DNA of 15,530 nucleotides from Pseudomonadota bacterium (GTDB lineage: Bacteria > Bdellovibrionota > FAC87 > UBA2466), in assembly GCA_043767805.1 (NCBI GenBank), contig JAYUGC010000051.1, positions 1-15,530 on the forward strand. The letters run 5' to 3'. The translations under genes were made by a program, and so were the position numbers. Each line of letters begins with the position of its first letter. Positions within the stretch are counted from its first letter, which is position 1. Below, in pieces: positions 6,925-14,543 of this stretch. Under the pieces are notes generated by a model. The model ran no database searches. It worked only from the letters and a program-made list of their open reading frames with translations, and was not told where the DNA came from.

Positions 6925-7695
6925 ATGCTGAGATCGAACACATACCGCTGGGTACTACTGGGCATGTTCTTTTTGTCCGCGGGCATGGGCGGCGCCTTCG
7001 TATTCAAGAACTGGAAAACCTGGGGCGGCTCCGCGCTTTCCGTGGAGACTGAGGGGCTGGTTCGTTTTCGAGCGACGCAAACCACGGATTGGGGAGCGGC
7101 GGACAAAGTCGTTTCCGCGCATGAGAAGGATCGCTTTCAAGTCGGGCCCAAATCGCGCGTATCGGCGGCGGGTGAGCGCTTCGGTCCAGGTGGGTACGAA
7201 GTCGTGCGTCTGGCGGATGGAGAGCTGGGCCTCGTCTCGTCGACAACGGAAGCATTTGATTGGCAGCCAAAGGAAACGACGGCGGGCGCCGCCGCGCTCG
7301 TCTTTGCCGAAGCCGAGCTCGCGGCCTTGCAGGAGGAGATGGACTTGCACCGCGCGCCCCTTTCTCTGCAGCCGACCGAGGAATTATCGAGTCTCAAAGA
7401 GCTCACTCTCAATTTTCAGGACTTCGATGTTCAGCTCCTCGAGCCACCCTCGGGCCGGCGTCTTACGGTCGGCTCTGAAATCCATCTCCATTGGACGCCC
7501 GTTCCGTTCGAGGATGTGAAGTACTCCGTCGAGTTCGCGTCCTCGATGCAGTTCGCGGGCATCCTCGCAAAACCTTCCCGAACCAACCGGTTATCGGTGA
7601 GTCTCCCCGCCAAGGGCCACTACTTCTGGCGGGTGAGAGCGCAACGCCGAGGGCGGGCGACCCTCTCCAAGGCCTTCAGCTTCGAAGTCCGCTAG
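6925..7695 (+). CDS. Membrane-anchored protein with FecR-like N-terminal fragment and C-terminal FN3/Ig-like domain
   Basis: N-terminal TM (WVLLGMFFLSAGMGGAFVF). GLVRFR...W...DRFQVGPKSRV resembles the start of FecR domains. LHWTPV...YSVEFA...GHYFWRVRA is FN3-like. Confidence 0.7.
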   Translation: MLRSNTYRWVLLGMFFLSAGMGGAFVFKNWKTWGGSALSVETEGLVRFRATQTTDWGAADKVVSAHEKDRFQVGPKSRVSAAGERFGPGGYEVVRLADGELGLVSSTTEAFDWQPKETTAGAAALVFAEAELAALQEEMDLHRAPLSLQPTEELSSLKELTLNFQDFDVQLLEPPSGRRLTVGSEIHLHWTPVPFEDVKYSVEFASSMQFAGILAKPSRTNRLSVSLPAKGHYFWRVRAQRRGRATLSKAFSFEVR

Positions 7696-7707
7696 GCTCT
7701 GGGGCCC

Positions 7708-7723
7708 TGGCCCTTCGCTTGCA
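7708..7723 (+). promoter_or_regulatory. sigma54 (-24/-12) promoter for CDS 7768
   Basis: TGGCCCTTCGCTTGCA has GG-N10-GC with TTGCA, 44 nt upstream of GTG 7768. Confidence 0.7.
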
Positions 7724-7767
7724 CTTAAGACAGCCTGTATACCCCCTTTTCCGGAGCTAGGTTTAAC

Positions 7768-9534
7768 GTGCTTACGCTAAAACGGCATAGTTCCAAGACT
7801 TTTTCAGTAGCTAAACCCCCGCACGCTTCCCCCGAAAGTGTCGAATCTTTGGGCAGGTGGAGGCGGCTTAGCCGGGCGCTCCTAATCGGGTGCTTGTTCT
7901 TAATCACGCCGGCTTGGGCGGACGACGACCACGACCATCCGCCGGTGTTTTCGAAGGATCCCGTCGTGCCGCAACCGCAGCCCCTAAAGCCCTCTGGCCC
8001 GAGCGGAGGACGCCCGGATGCCGGTGGCCCCGCGGGAAGCCGGCCTCGTAGGCCGAGCGGCGGTACCGGTGGCTGCCGCGTGATGCCCGACACTTTGGCC
8101 GATTTCGCCAACGGCGAGCGCTATGACTACGCCTCGATGGTGACTTTTTTGACCACTCCCGAGTGCGGCGCGGTCGCGCCCACGGTGAGCCAGATGGCGA
8201 TCGCGACCGGCGTGCAATTTCGCAATAAGAGCCCCTTCAACTTGGAAGGCTACGCGAAGAGTTTGCCGAAGAACTCCTTGGAGAGCTCGAAGAAGCTCGA
8301 CCTCGCTCTCAAGGAAATGGTGCCGCCGCTGATGCGCCAAAATCCGCTTTCGACCACCGAGATGCTTCCGCTCTTGGGACAGCTTTCTTTGCTTTCGCCT
8401 TCCGGCGCGCGCTTCACGCTCGCTAAAGTCATCGAGCAAGAGCTCTATGCGGGCGACGGATTACTCCAAGCCTCTTCCGGCAAAGGTAAAGCGATCGCCG
8501 CAGGGAGTCTCGCGGGAACGCTCGTTCGTCTCGGCGCGGGCGAAAGCCTCATCGCGAACGAAATGGCCGAAAGCGTGGAAGAGATGGCGCTTCTCGCTCA
8601 AGCCGATTCGCTCGCTCGTTACTTCCGCGCGCTCTCTGCCGCGGCGAGTGTGGAACCGTCTCTCGTACCCACTTTCAATCTCACCGCCGGCGCTTTGAAC
8701 CGCGGCGTTCAGCGTGGCAAGAATGCTTTCTCCGAAGGCGGCAGCGAAGGCTTGGTCGCGAGTGTCTTCGAAGCCATTCGTAGCTCGATGAACGCGAGCG
8801 CGGCTTTGGAACCGGGCGCCGCGGAGCTGAACGAGGCTTTTGGCGCGCTCCTCAAAGGCGCTCCGTTGACCGTGAAAGACTTGGGCCGAATCTGGAAAGA
8901 AGCGGTGAAAGTGCTCGCGGTCTCGACCTCGCAGACTTCGCTTGCGGACGTCGTCGCGGTGTCTCTCACGCCTGAGTTCATGTTTTTGAAGCCCGCTCAA
9001 AAAGAATATCTGATGCAAGCCGCGCGCAACTACCCGCAGGTCGCGGGCGCGGTGCAGTCCACCTTCTTAAAGAGCTGGCGCCGCATGTGGGCGGACTTGA
9101 ACGAAGGCAAGGTGCCCGTCGCGCGCTTTAACCGCATCAAAGCGCAGCACTTCGAGCCGATGACGGTTTCCATTTTGGAGCTCGATCCGTATCTCATCGA
9201 TCCGCAGTGGCTGGGCGAAGTAGTGCGCCGCGGGATGGTGAAGGATGACGAGATCGAGCGGCGTTTCCCGCGCTTCGTGCTCGCGTTCCTCGATCGGCGC
9301 GATCGCGCCTCTAAAATTGCGACGATGGAAACCGGTCTCGAGCCCACGGTCGCTTCGCTCGCGGAAAATTTCGCGGTGCTGTGGAATTTATCTCAAATTC
9401 ACATGCCCGCGCTTACCGAGTGGGTTCGCAAAAACGATCAGGCCAATCAGGTCGTACAGCAGGAGCCGCAAGCCCGTGCCCCCGCCGCCGTCAGCGAAGG
9501 GGAAAACACCACGCCCGAGTCCTTCCCCCAATAA
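7768..9534 (+). CDS. Large exported alpha-helical hypothetical protein
   Basis: 588-aa ORF with a signal-like segment RRLSRALLIGCLFLITPAWA, a Pro/Gly-rich N-terminus, a Cys pair and an Ala/Leu-rich helical body. The exact start is uncertain. Confidence 0.8.
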   Translation: MLTLKRHSSKTFSVAKPPHASPESVESLGRWRRLSRALLIGCLFLITPAWADDDHDHPPVFSKDPVVPQPQPLKPSGPSGGRPDAGGPAGSRPRRPSGGTGGCRVMPDTLADFANGERYDYASMVTFLTTPECGAVAPTVSQMAIATGVQFRNKSPFNLEGYAKSLPKNSLESSKKLDLALKEMVPPLMRQNPLSTTEMLPLLGQLSLLSPSGARFTLAKVIEQELYAGDGLLQASSGKGKAIAAGSLAGTLVRLGAGESLIANEMAESVEEMALLAQADSLARYFRALSAAASVEPSLVPTFNLTAGALNRGVQRGKNAFSEGGSEGLVASVFEAIRSSMNASAALEPGAAELNEAFGALLKGAPLTVKDLGRIWKEAVKVLAVSTSQTSLADVVAVSLTPEFMFLKPAQKEYLMQAARNYPQVAGAVQSTFLKSWRRMWADLNEGKVPVARFNRIKAQHFEPMTVSILELDPYLIDPQWLGEVVRRGMVKDDEIERRFPRFVLAFLDRRDRASKIATMETGLEPTVASLAENFAVLWNLSQIHMPALTEWVRKNDQANQVVQQEPQARAPAAVSEGENTTPESFPQ

Positions 9535-9535
9535 T

Positions 9536-9564
9536 GCTAAAAGGTAGCCCAGGTACCTTTTAGC
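9536..9564. terminator. Perfect 11-bp hairpin between convergent genes (bidirectional terminator or REP-like element)
   Basis: GCTAAAAGGTA-GCCCAGG-TACCTTTTAGC. Confidence 0.6.
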
Positions 9565-10280
9565 TAAACGAGGGAGCGGCCGCCGTCGACTTTCAAGTCG
9601 AAGCCGGTGATGTACGTCGCGCCGATTAGAAAGATCGCGGCTTCCGCGATGTCTTTTGGTGAGCCTTCGCGGCGTAGAAGGGTGCGCTCTACCGATTTCC
9701 GCTTTTGCTCTTCCGTGTAGTTCAAAGGAAGCAGCACGGGACCGGGGCTGATGGAGTTCACCCGAATCGCGGGCGCCCATTCTTTGGCGAGATTGCGGGT
9801 CAGCATGAGCAGCCCCGCTTTCGAGCAAGAGTACGGCGCGTGCCGGCGCATGGCGCGCTCGCCGTTCACGTCGGCGATGTTCACGATGACCGAGCCCGCT
9901 TTCATGTTCTTGCGTGCCGCTTGAGAAAGAAAAAACGGAGCCTTGAGATTGATCCGCTCCAAGTCGTCCCAATGCGCTTCGGTGACGGTCTCGACCGGCG
10001 TGGGATAAAAGCTACTCGCGCTATTGACTAACACGTCGATGGGGCCAAAAGCCTTCTCGGCCTCCGCCACGAGCCGCGCCATGATCTTCATGTCCCTCAG
10101 ATCTCCTTGAACCAGGGTGACTCGCTCGGGGGCGGTGGCTTTGAGCGCTTCGGCTTCCGTTTGGGATCGAAAGTAGTGGGCCGTAACCCGGGCGCCTTCC
10201 GCAAGGACTCGCTCGGCCAGGGTACGGGCCACTCGTTTGGAGGCCCCCGTGATGAAGACGTGCTTACCTTTGAGCTGCAT
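9564..10280 (-). CDS. SDR oxidoreductase, pteridine reductase/FolM-like
   Basis: ITGASKRVA (Arg-containing cofactor loop typical of PTR1/FolM), NSASSFYPT, NIAD, YSCSK catalytic motif, VDGG. Start placed at ATG 10280 (MQLKGKH). Confidence 0.85.
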   Translation of the reverse strand: MQLKGKHVFITGASKRVARTLAERVLAEGARVTAHYFRSQTEAEALKATAPERVTLVQGDLRDMKIMARLVAEAEKAFGPIDVLVNSASSFYPTPVETVTEAHWDDLERINLKAPFFLSQAARKNMKAGSVIVNIADVNGERAMRRHAPYSCSKAGLLMLTRNLAKEWAPAIRVNSISPGPVLLPLNYTEEQKRKSVERTLLRREGSPKDIAEAAIFLIGATYITGFDLKVDGGRSLV

Positions 10281-10328
10281 GGGCCCGAACATACCCCAAA
10301 GTCCCAGGGCATGGTAAGACCTGGAACC

Positions 10329-11423
10329 GTGGATTTTACCCAAAGAGTCGAAGCCCAGCTCGCCGAATTGAAGCAGGAACAGCGCTTTCGGGAGCTTTTT
10401 CCGTCCCCCGAGGAATCCTTCGTTCACAACGATTATCTGGGGCTTTCCCGCCACCCGACCATCCGCGCGGCGGGCGTCGAGGCGCTCCAGCAGGGGGCGT
10501 CGGGAAGTCGGGGATCCCGGTTACTCGGCGGCAATCATCCGGCTTTCGTCGAAGCGGAACGGGCCATCGCGGCTTTCTTTCGGGCGCCCGCGGCTCTCTT
10601 TTTTACGACGGGCTATTTGGCGAATCTCTCGGTGGTGAGCGCCTTGGGCGCGGTCGCCGATATCGTTTTGTCCGATGAGAAGAACCACGCGAGCCTCATC
10701 GACGGCGTTCTACTTTCTCGTAAGGCCAAGCGAGTGGTGCGCCACGGCCGGTGGAACGAAGCCGTCGCGACGGGCGTGCCGCTTTTAGTGAGCGAGAGCC
10801 TCTTTAGCATGGACGGTGACTTTGCCGACTGGGACGGCCTGAAGCGGGTTCAAGAAAAGACGAAGGGCTTCGTCATCATCGACGAGGCGCATTCGGCCGG
10901 CGTGTTTCCGGAAGACGGCCGGGGATTCGCGAGCCGGCATTTCAGCTGGGATCATATGTGCCAGATCGTGACCTTCGGCAAAGCCTTCGGAGTTGCGGGA
11001 GCAGCGGTGCTTTGCTCGCCGAAAATCCGGGATCTTTTGATTAATACCGCGCGGCCTTTCATTTTTTCGACGGCGACCTCTCCCGTGGTGCCCGCGATGG
11101 TGAAGGCTTCCCTCCGGGTCGTGGACGAGTCGGAGAAGTTGCGGCAAGAGCTTTGGGAACGAGCCGAATGGGTGCACGAGCGCTTGAAGCAAATTACCTC
11201 CGATGCCGTTTGGGGCAAGCGCTCGCCCATCATTCCGTGGCGGGTGCCCGGCGAAGCGCGCGCCTTGGCGTTTGCCGAGAACTTCCGCAAAAAAGGTTTC
11301 GATGTGAGGGCGGTCCGTTTCCCGACGGTGCCGAAGGGCGAGGAGCGCGTTCGCATCAGTCTGAACTTGGGCGTGGGCCGCGAGCTGACTCGCGGGCTCG
11401 TCGACGAGATAGGAAGAGCATGA
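10329..11423 (+). CDS. bioF: 8-amino-7-oxononanoate synthase
   Basis: NDYLGL, GSRGSRLL, NHASLIDG, ESLFSMDGD, DEAH, TFGKA (PLP Lys), RPFIFSTA, PTVP. Start is GTG 10329 or ATG 10311. Confidence 0.93.
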   Translation: MDFTQRVEAQLAELKQEQRFRELFPSPEESFVHNDYLGLSRHPTIRAAGVEALQQGASGSRGSRLLGGNHPAFVEAERAIAAFFRAPAALFFTTGYLANLSVVSALGAVADIVLSDEKNHASLIDGVLLSRKAKRVVRHGRWNEAVATGVPLLVSESLFSMDGDFADWDGLKRVQEKTKGFVIIDEAHSAGVFPEDGRGFASRHFSWDHMCQIVTFGKAFGVAGAAVLCSPKIRDLLINTARPFIFSTATSPVVPAMVKASLRVVDESEKLRQELWERAEWVHERLKQITSDAVWGKRSPIIPWRVPGEARALAFAENFRKKGFDVRAVRFPTVPKGEERVRISLNLGVGRELTRGLVDEIGRA

Positions 11424-12088
11424 AAACGATCTTCGTTACGGGTACCGATACGGATGTCGGCAAAACCATGGTGGCGGGCGGCCTTATTCGCGCCCTCGAA
11501 GGCTATGGCAAGAACGCTTACTGGAAGCCTATTCAGACGGGGACGCTCATTAGCGAGGATCGCCGCGATCTCCAGCAACTGACGGGGCTCGCCGACGAAC
11601 GTTTTCTGCCGTCGGCCTACGTATTTCCAGATCCGGTCTCGCCTCATCTCGCGGCAGCTCGCTGGAAGAAGCAAATTCAAATGTCCGTTTTGCTCGAGGC
11701 CTACGGGCGTCATGCGCCGGGTTTCGACACTTTGATTGTCGAGGGAGCGGGCGGCGTGCTCGTGCCGCTTTCCGACGAAGCGCTCATGATCGATCTTATG
11801 ACGGCGTTAAAGGCCCCGTGCCTGGTCGTCGTGGAAGACAAACTCGGCGCCATCAATCACGGGCTGCTTACGTTGGAAGCGGTTCGGCGGCGCGACGTTC
11901 CATGTTTGGGTTTCGTCATGAACAAGGCGAATGGCCGCTGGGGCAATCGCGAAGCCATCGAAAAGTATTCGGGCGTGAAATGCGTCGCGGAGATTGCCGA
12001 ACACGGCGATGCTCGCACTGTTTTGAGCCAAGTGGCCGCGGACCCGGGTCTTCGCAAAATCCTAGGGCTTCCGGTGGTTCCGGTATGA
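11420..12088 (+). CDS. bioD: Dethiobiotin synthase
   Basis: MKTIFVTGTDTDVGKT P-loop, WKPIQTG, SPHLAA, VEGAGG, LGAINH. ATGA overlap with bioF. Confidence 0.96.
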   Translation: MKTIFVTGTDTDVGKTMVAGGLIRALEGYGKNAYWKPIQTGTLISEDRRDLQQLTGLADERFLPSAYVFPDPVSPHLAAARWKKQIQMSVLLEAYGRHAPGFDTLIVEGAGGVLVPLSDEALMIDLMTALKAPCLVVVEDKLGAINHGLLTLEAVRRRDVPCLGFVMNKANGRWGNREAIEKYSGVKCVAEIAEHGDARTVLSQVAADPGLRKILGLPVVPV

Positions 12089-13416
12089 GCTTTTTGTCCC
12101 GGGACGAGCACGCCGTTTGGCACCCCTATACGCCGGTGCCCCACTTGGGGCCCAAGGCGGTTTTCACCCGGGCGAAAGGCTCTTACGTTTTTGATGAAAC
12201 GGGAAAGCGCTACTTCGACGCGACTTCCAGCTGGTGGTGCATCACGCACGGGCATTGCCATCCGCGTTTAGTGGCGGCGCTCGCGAAGCAAGCGGCGACT
12301 TTGGATCAGGTGCTCTTCTCGCCGCATACGCATCCTTTGGCAGTGGAGCTGTCCGAGTCGCTCCTCGAAGTCCTCGGCGGCCGTTTTAGCCGCGTGTTCT
12401 TTTCAGACGACGGCTCGACCGCGGTGGAAGCCGCCATGAAGATGGCCGTGCAGTATTGGGTGAACCGCGGGGTAAAAGGCCGCAATCGGTTTCTCACCGT
12501 CGAGCGTGGCTATCACGGAGATACGTTGGGCGCGGTCTCGGTGAGTCAGGTGGAGGAGTTTCACAGTTTCTTCGATCAGCTCCGAGTTCCGGCGCCGACG
12601 TCGACCGTGCCTTATTGCTACCGTTGCCCTTTGGGAAAGACTTATCCGTCGTGTGAAATCGCTTGCGTCGAAAAAGCCGAGGCGACTCTCGACCGCGAGG
12701 GCGATCAGATCGCGGCCTTGGTGGTCGAGCCCTTGGTGCTCGGCGCGGGCGGCATGATCGTTTATCCGAAGGAGTATCTGGAGCGGCTCGTGCATAAAGC
12801 GCGGGAGAAGGGTGTCCTCGTCATTTTCGACGAGGTGTTCACGGGATTTGGCCGAACGGGGGAGTGGTTCGCGATGGATCATCTCTCCGTCTCGCCCGAC
12901 ATCGTTTGCTTATCGAAGGGTCTCACGGCGGGGATGCTTCCGCTTGCGGCCACCGTCACGACCGAAGCGGTGTATGACGCTTTCCGGGGCGGGCCGGGAA
13001 AGACGCTCTATCACGGGCACACTTTCACCGCGAACGCGCTCGGCTGCGCGGTGGCGTTGGAGAGCTTGAAGATCTTCAAGGATGAGAACGTCATCGAGAA
13101 AAACCGCGGCCTCGCGCGGTGGATGGCGAGTCAGACGGCACGCTTCGCGGCGCTGCCGCACGTGGGGAACGTTCGTCAGCAGGGGATGATTTGGTGCCTG
13201 GAGCTGGTCGGAGACCGGGCTTCGAAAGCGATACCGAGTCCGGCCAATGGGCCCGGTTGGAAGATTGCCGAGGCGCTTTGGAAGGACGGGTATTGGCTCA
13301 GGCCTTTGAGTCAGATGCTTTACGTGCTGCCGCCTTATTCGACGACGGTCGAGGATTTGACACCGCTATTCGATAGGCTCTACATCGAGGTTCAGAACGG
13401 AGCGCATTTCTCATGA
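12085..13416 (+). CDS. bioA: Adenosylmethionine-8-amino-7-oxononanoate aminotransferase
   Basis: VWHPYT, SSWW, DDGSTAVE, YHGDT, DEVFTGFGRTG, SKGLTAG, HGHTF. ATGA overlap with bioD. Confidence 0.96.
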   Translation: MSFLSRDEHAVWHPYTPVPHLGPKAVFTRAKGSYVFDETGKRYFDATSSWWCITHGHCHPRLVAALAKQAATLDQVLFSPHTHPLAVELSESLLEVLGGRFSRVFFSDDGSTAVEAAMKMAVQYWVNRGVKGRNRFLTVERGYHGDTLGAVSVSQVEEFHSFFDQLRVPAPTSTVPYCYRCPLGKTYPSCEIACVEKAEATLDREGDQIAALVVEPLVLGAGGMIVYPKEYLERLVHKAREKGVLVIFDEVFTGFGRTGEWFAMDHLSVSPDIVCLSKGLTAGMLPLAATVTTEAVYDAFRGGPGKTLYHGHTFTANALGCAVALESLKIFKDENVIEKNRGLARWMASQTARFAALPHVGNVRQQGMIWCLELVGDRASKAIPSPANGPGWKIAEALWKDGYWLRPLSQMLYVLPPYSTTVEDLTPLFDRLYIEVQNGAHFS

Positions 13417-14003
13417 ATTCCATGCCCGGCTTGAAACCTTTCCTCGAGTTCGTGACCGCGACGCCAGAGCGCGAGGCGCAATGGCTCGATATGCTCAGCC
13501 AAATGGAATACGTCGGCTGCCGCAAGATTTTGAAGGCCGTGCCTTATGATGCGGTCGACCTATCGGTGCTTCAGCACGCGGCGGAAGAGGCGAGCCACGC
13601 GTTCCTCTTAAAGGAGGCAGCGGCACGGCTCGGACGGAGCGGGGCTTCGTGGAAGGGGCCGTTATCCGAGATTGCCTGGACGTACTTTCGGGAGCTCGAC
13701 ACTCGGGTTTCGGCTTTGCAGTCGGATGGACATTATCCGGCCGTGAGCTGGGCGATTGAGCGTCGGGTGATGGAGCTTTACCCGGCTTACCTCGCGGCGA
13801 CGCGAGATCCTGGCGTGCGTACAGCGGTGTCTGCGATCTTGGCGCAGGAAAAACGGCACGGGGCGCAGTTCGATGCGGTTGAATTTCCGTCTGAAGTGAA
13901 GCGCGAGGCGGCTGCCATTGAGGCGGAGCTTTGGGAGACGTTTCACTCGTCGCTTGTAACGGCGTTCGAGGCTTCCGACGCTGGTGGCGGCGCGCGGGTT
14001 TAG
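13413..14003 (+). CDS. Ferritin-like di-iron protein, BioE-like (candidate pimeloyl-generating oxygenase)
   Basis: Four-helix ligand pattern SQMEY...EEASH...AIERR...QEKRH. ATGA-coupled to bioA. Confidence 0.7.
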   Translation: MNSMPGLKPFLEFVTATPEREAQWLDMLSQMEYVGCRKILKAVPYDAVDLSVLQHAAEEASHAFLLKEAAARLGRSGASWKGPLSEIAWTYFRELDTRVSALQSDGHYPAVSWAIERRVMELYPAYLAATRDPGVRTAVSAILAQEKRHGAQFDAVEFPSEVKREAAAIEAELWETFHSSLVTAFEASDAGGGARV

Positions 14004-14012
14004 GCGCCGGGT

Positions 14013-14300
14013 TCGTCGGCAAAGCAGAACGGCTTGAACGTTTACGATCTAGCCAACAGCGGAAATTATCTTCATCTCGCAGTGAAAGCGAAGGACCGGC
14101 GAGGCTTTCAGAACTTCTTAAGGGTGCTCGGATCGAAGCCGGCCATTTTCGTGACCGGGGCGAGGAAAGGGAAGGGAAGGTATCAGGCCTGTTCTGGACT
14201 CAGCCTGTCTATACCAGGATCGTGGAGTGGGCAGGGCGCTGGCGTCAGTCCTCCGCTACATCGCTGGTAACAAGAACGCTGTGGAAGCCCATGACACCTG
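14013..14300 (+). pseudogene. Decayed HUH/Y1 tyrosine transposase (IS200/RAYT-like) remnant
   Basis: Three frames join to give NVYDLANSGNYLHLAVKAKDRRGFQNFLRV...TGARKG / KVSGLFWTQPVYTRIVEW / GRALASVLRYIAGN. The HUH motif reads YLH and the 5' part is absent. Confidence 0.7.
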
Positions 14301-14457
14301 CCAAGCGGAAGACGGCAATTCGCGGCACCCCGAAATCCGCCGGTATACGTCAGGCTGGACGGCGGCGATCGGAAATCCGGCCCAAATAGGCAAAATCCAA
14401 AGCCAATTTGCCTGTCGAAGTCTTGGTTAGAACCGAGGCCCTCGTACCGAGTCTTAG

Positions 14458-14473
14458 CGGCATCGCCCTTGCT
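14458..14473 (+). promoter_or_regulatory. sigma54 (-24/-12) promoter for CDS 14544
   Basis: CGGCATCGCCCTTGCT has GG-N10-GC with GGCA and TTGCT, 70 nt upstream of ATG 14544. Confidence 0.65.
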
Positions 14474-14543
14474 CTACCGAAGCTCCGTGTTGAGGTGATT
14501 CGTGGTGCAAGGCCAGGCTGAAAAGATTTCGCAAGGTAAGAGA

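Noticed and set aside
10107..10454. Long overlapping N-terminal extensions of bioF and the SDR (similarly the 11153 and 11818 starts for bioD and bioA)
   Set aside because: Family motifs begin at the later starts, and ATGA overlaps fix the bioD and bioA starts.
14388..14415. Hairpin AGGCAAA...TTTGCCT
   Set aside because: Short stem, large loop and no U-tract; cannot be supported as a terminator or transposon end.
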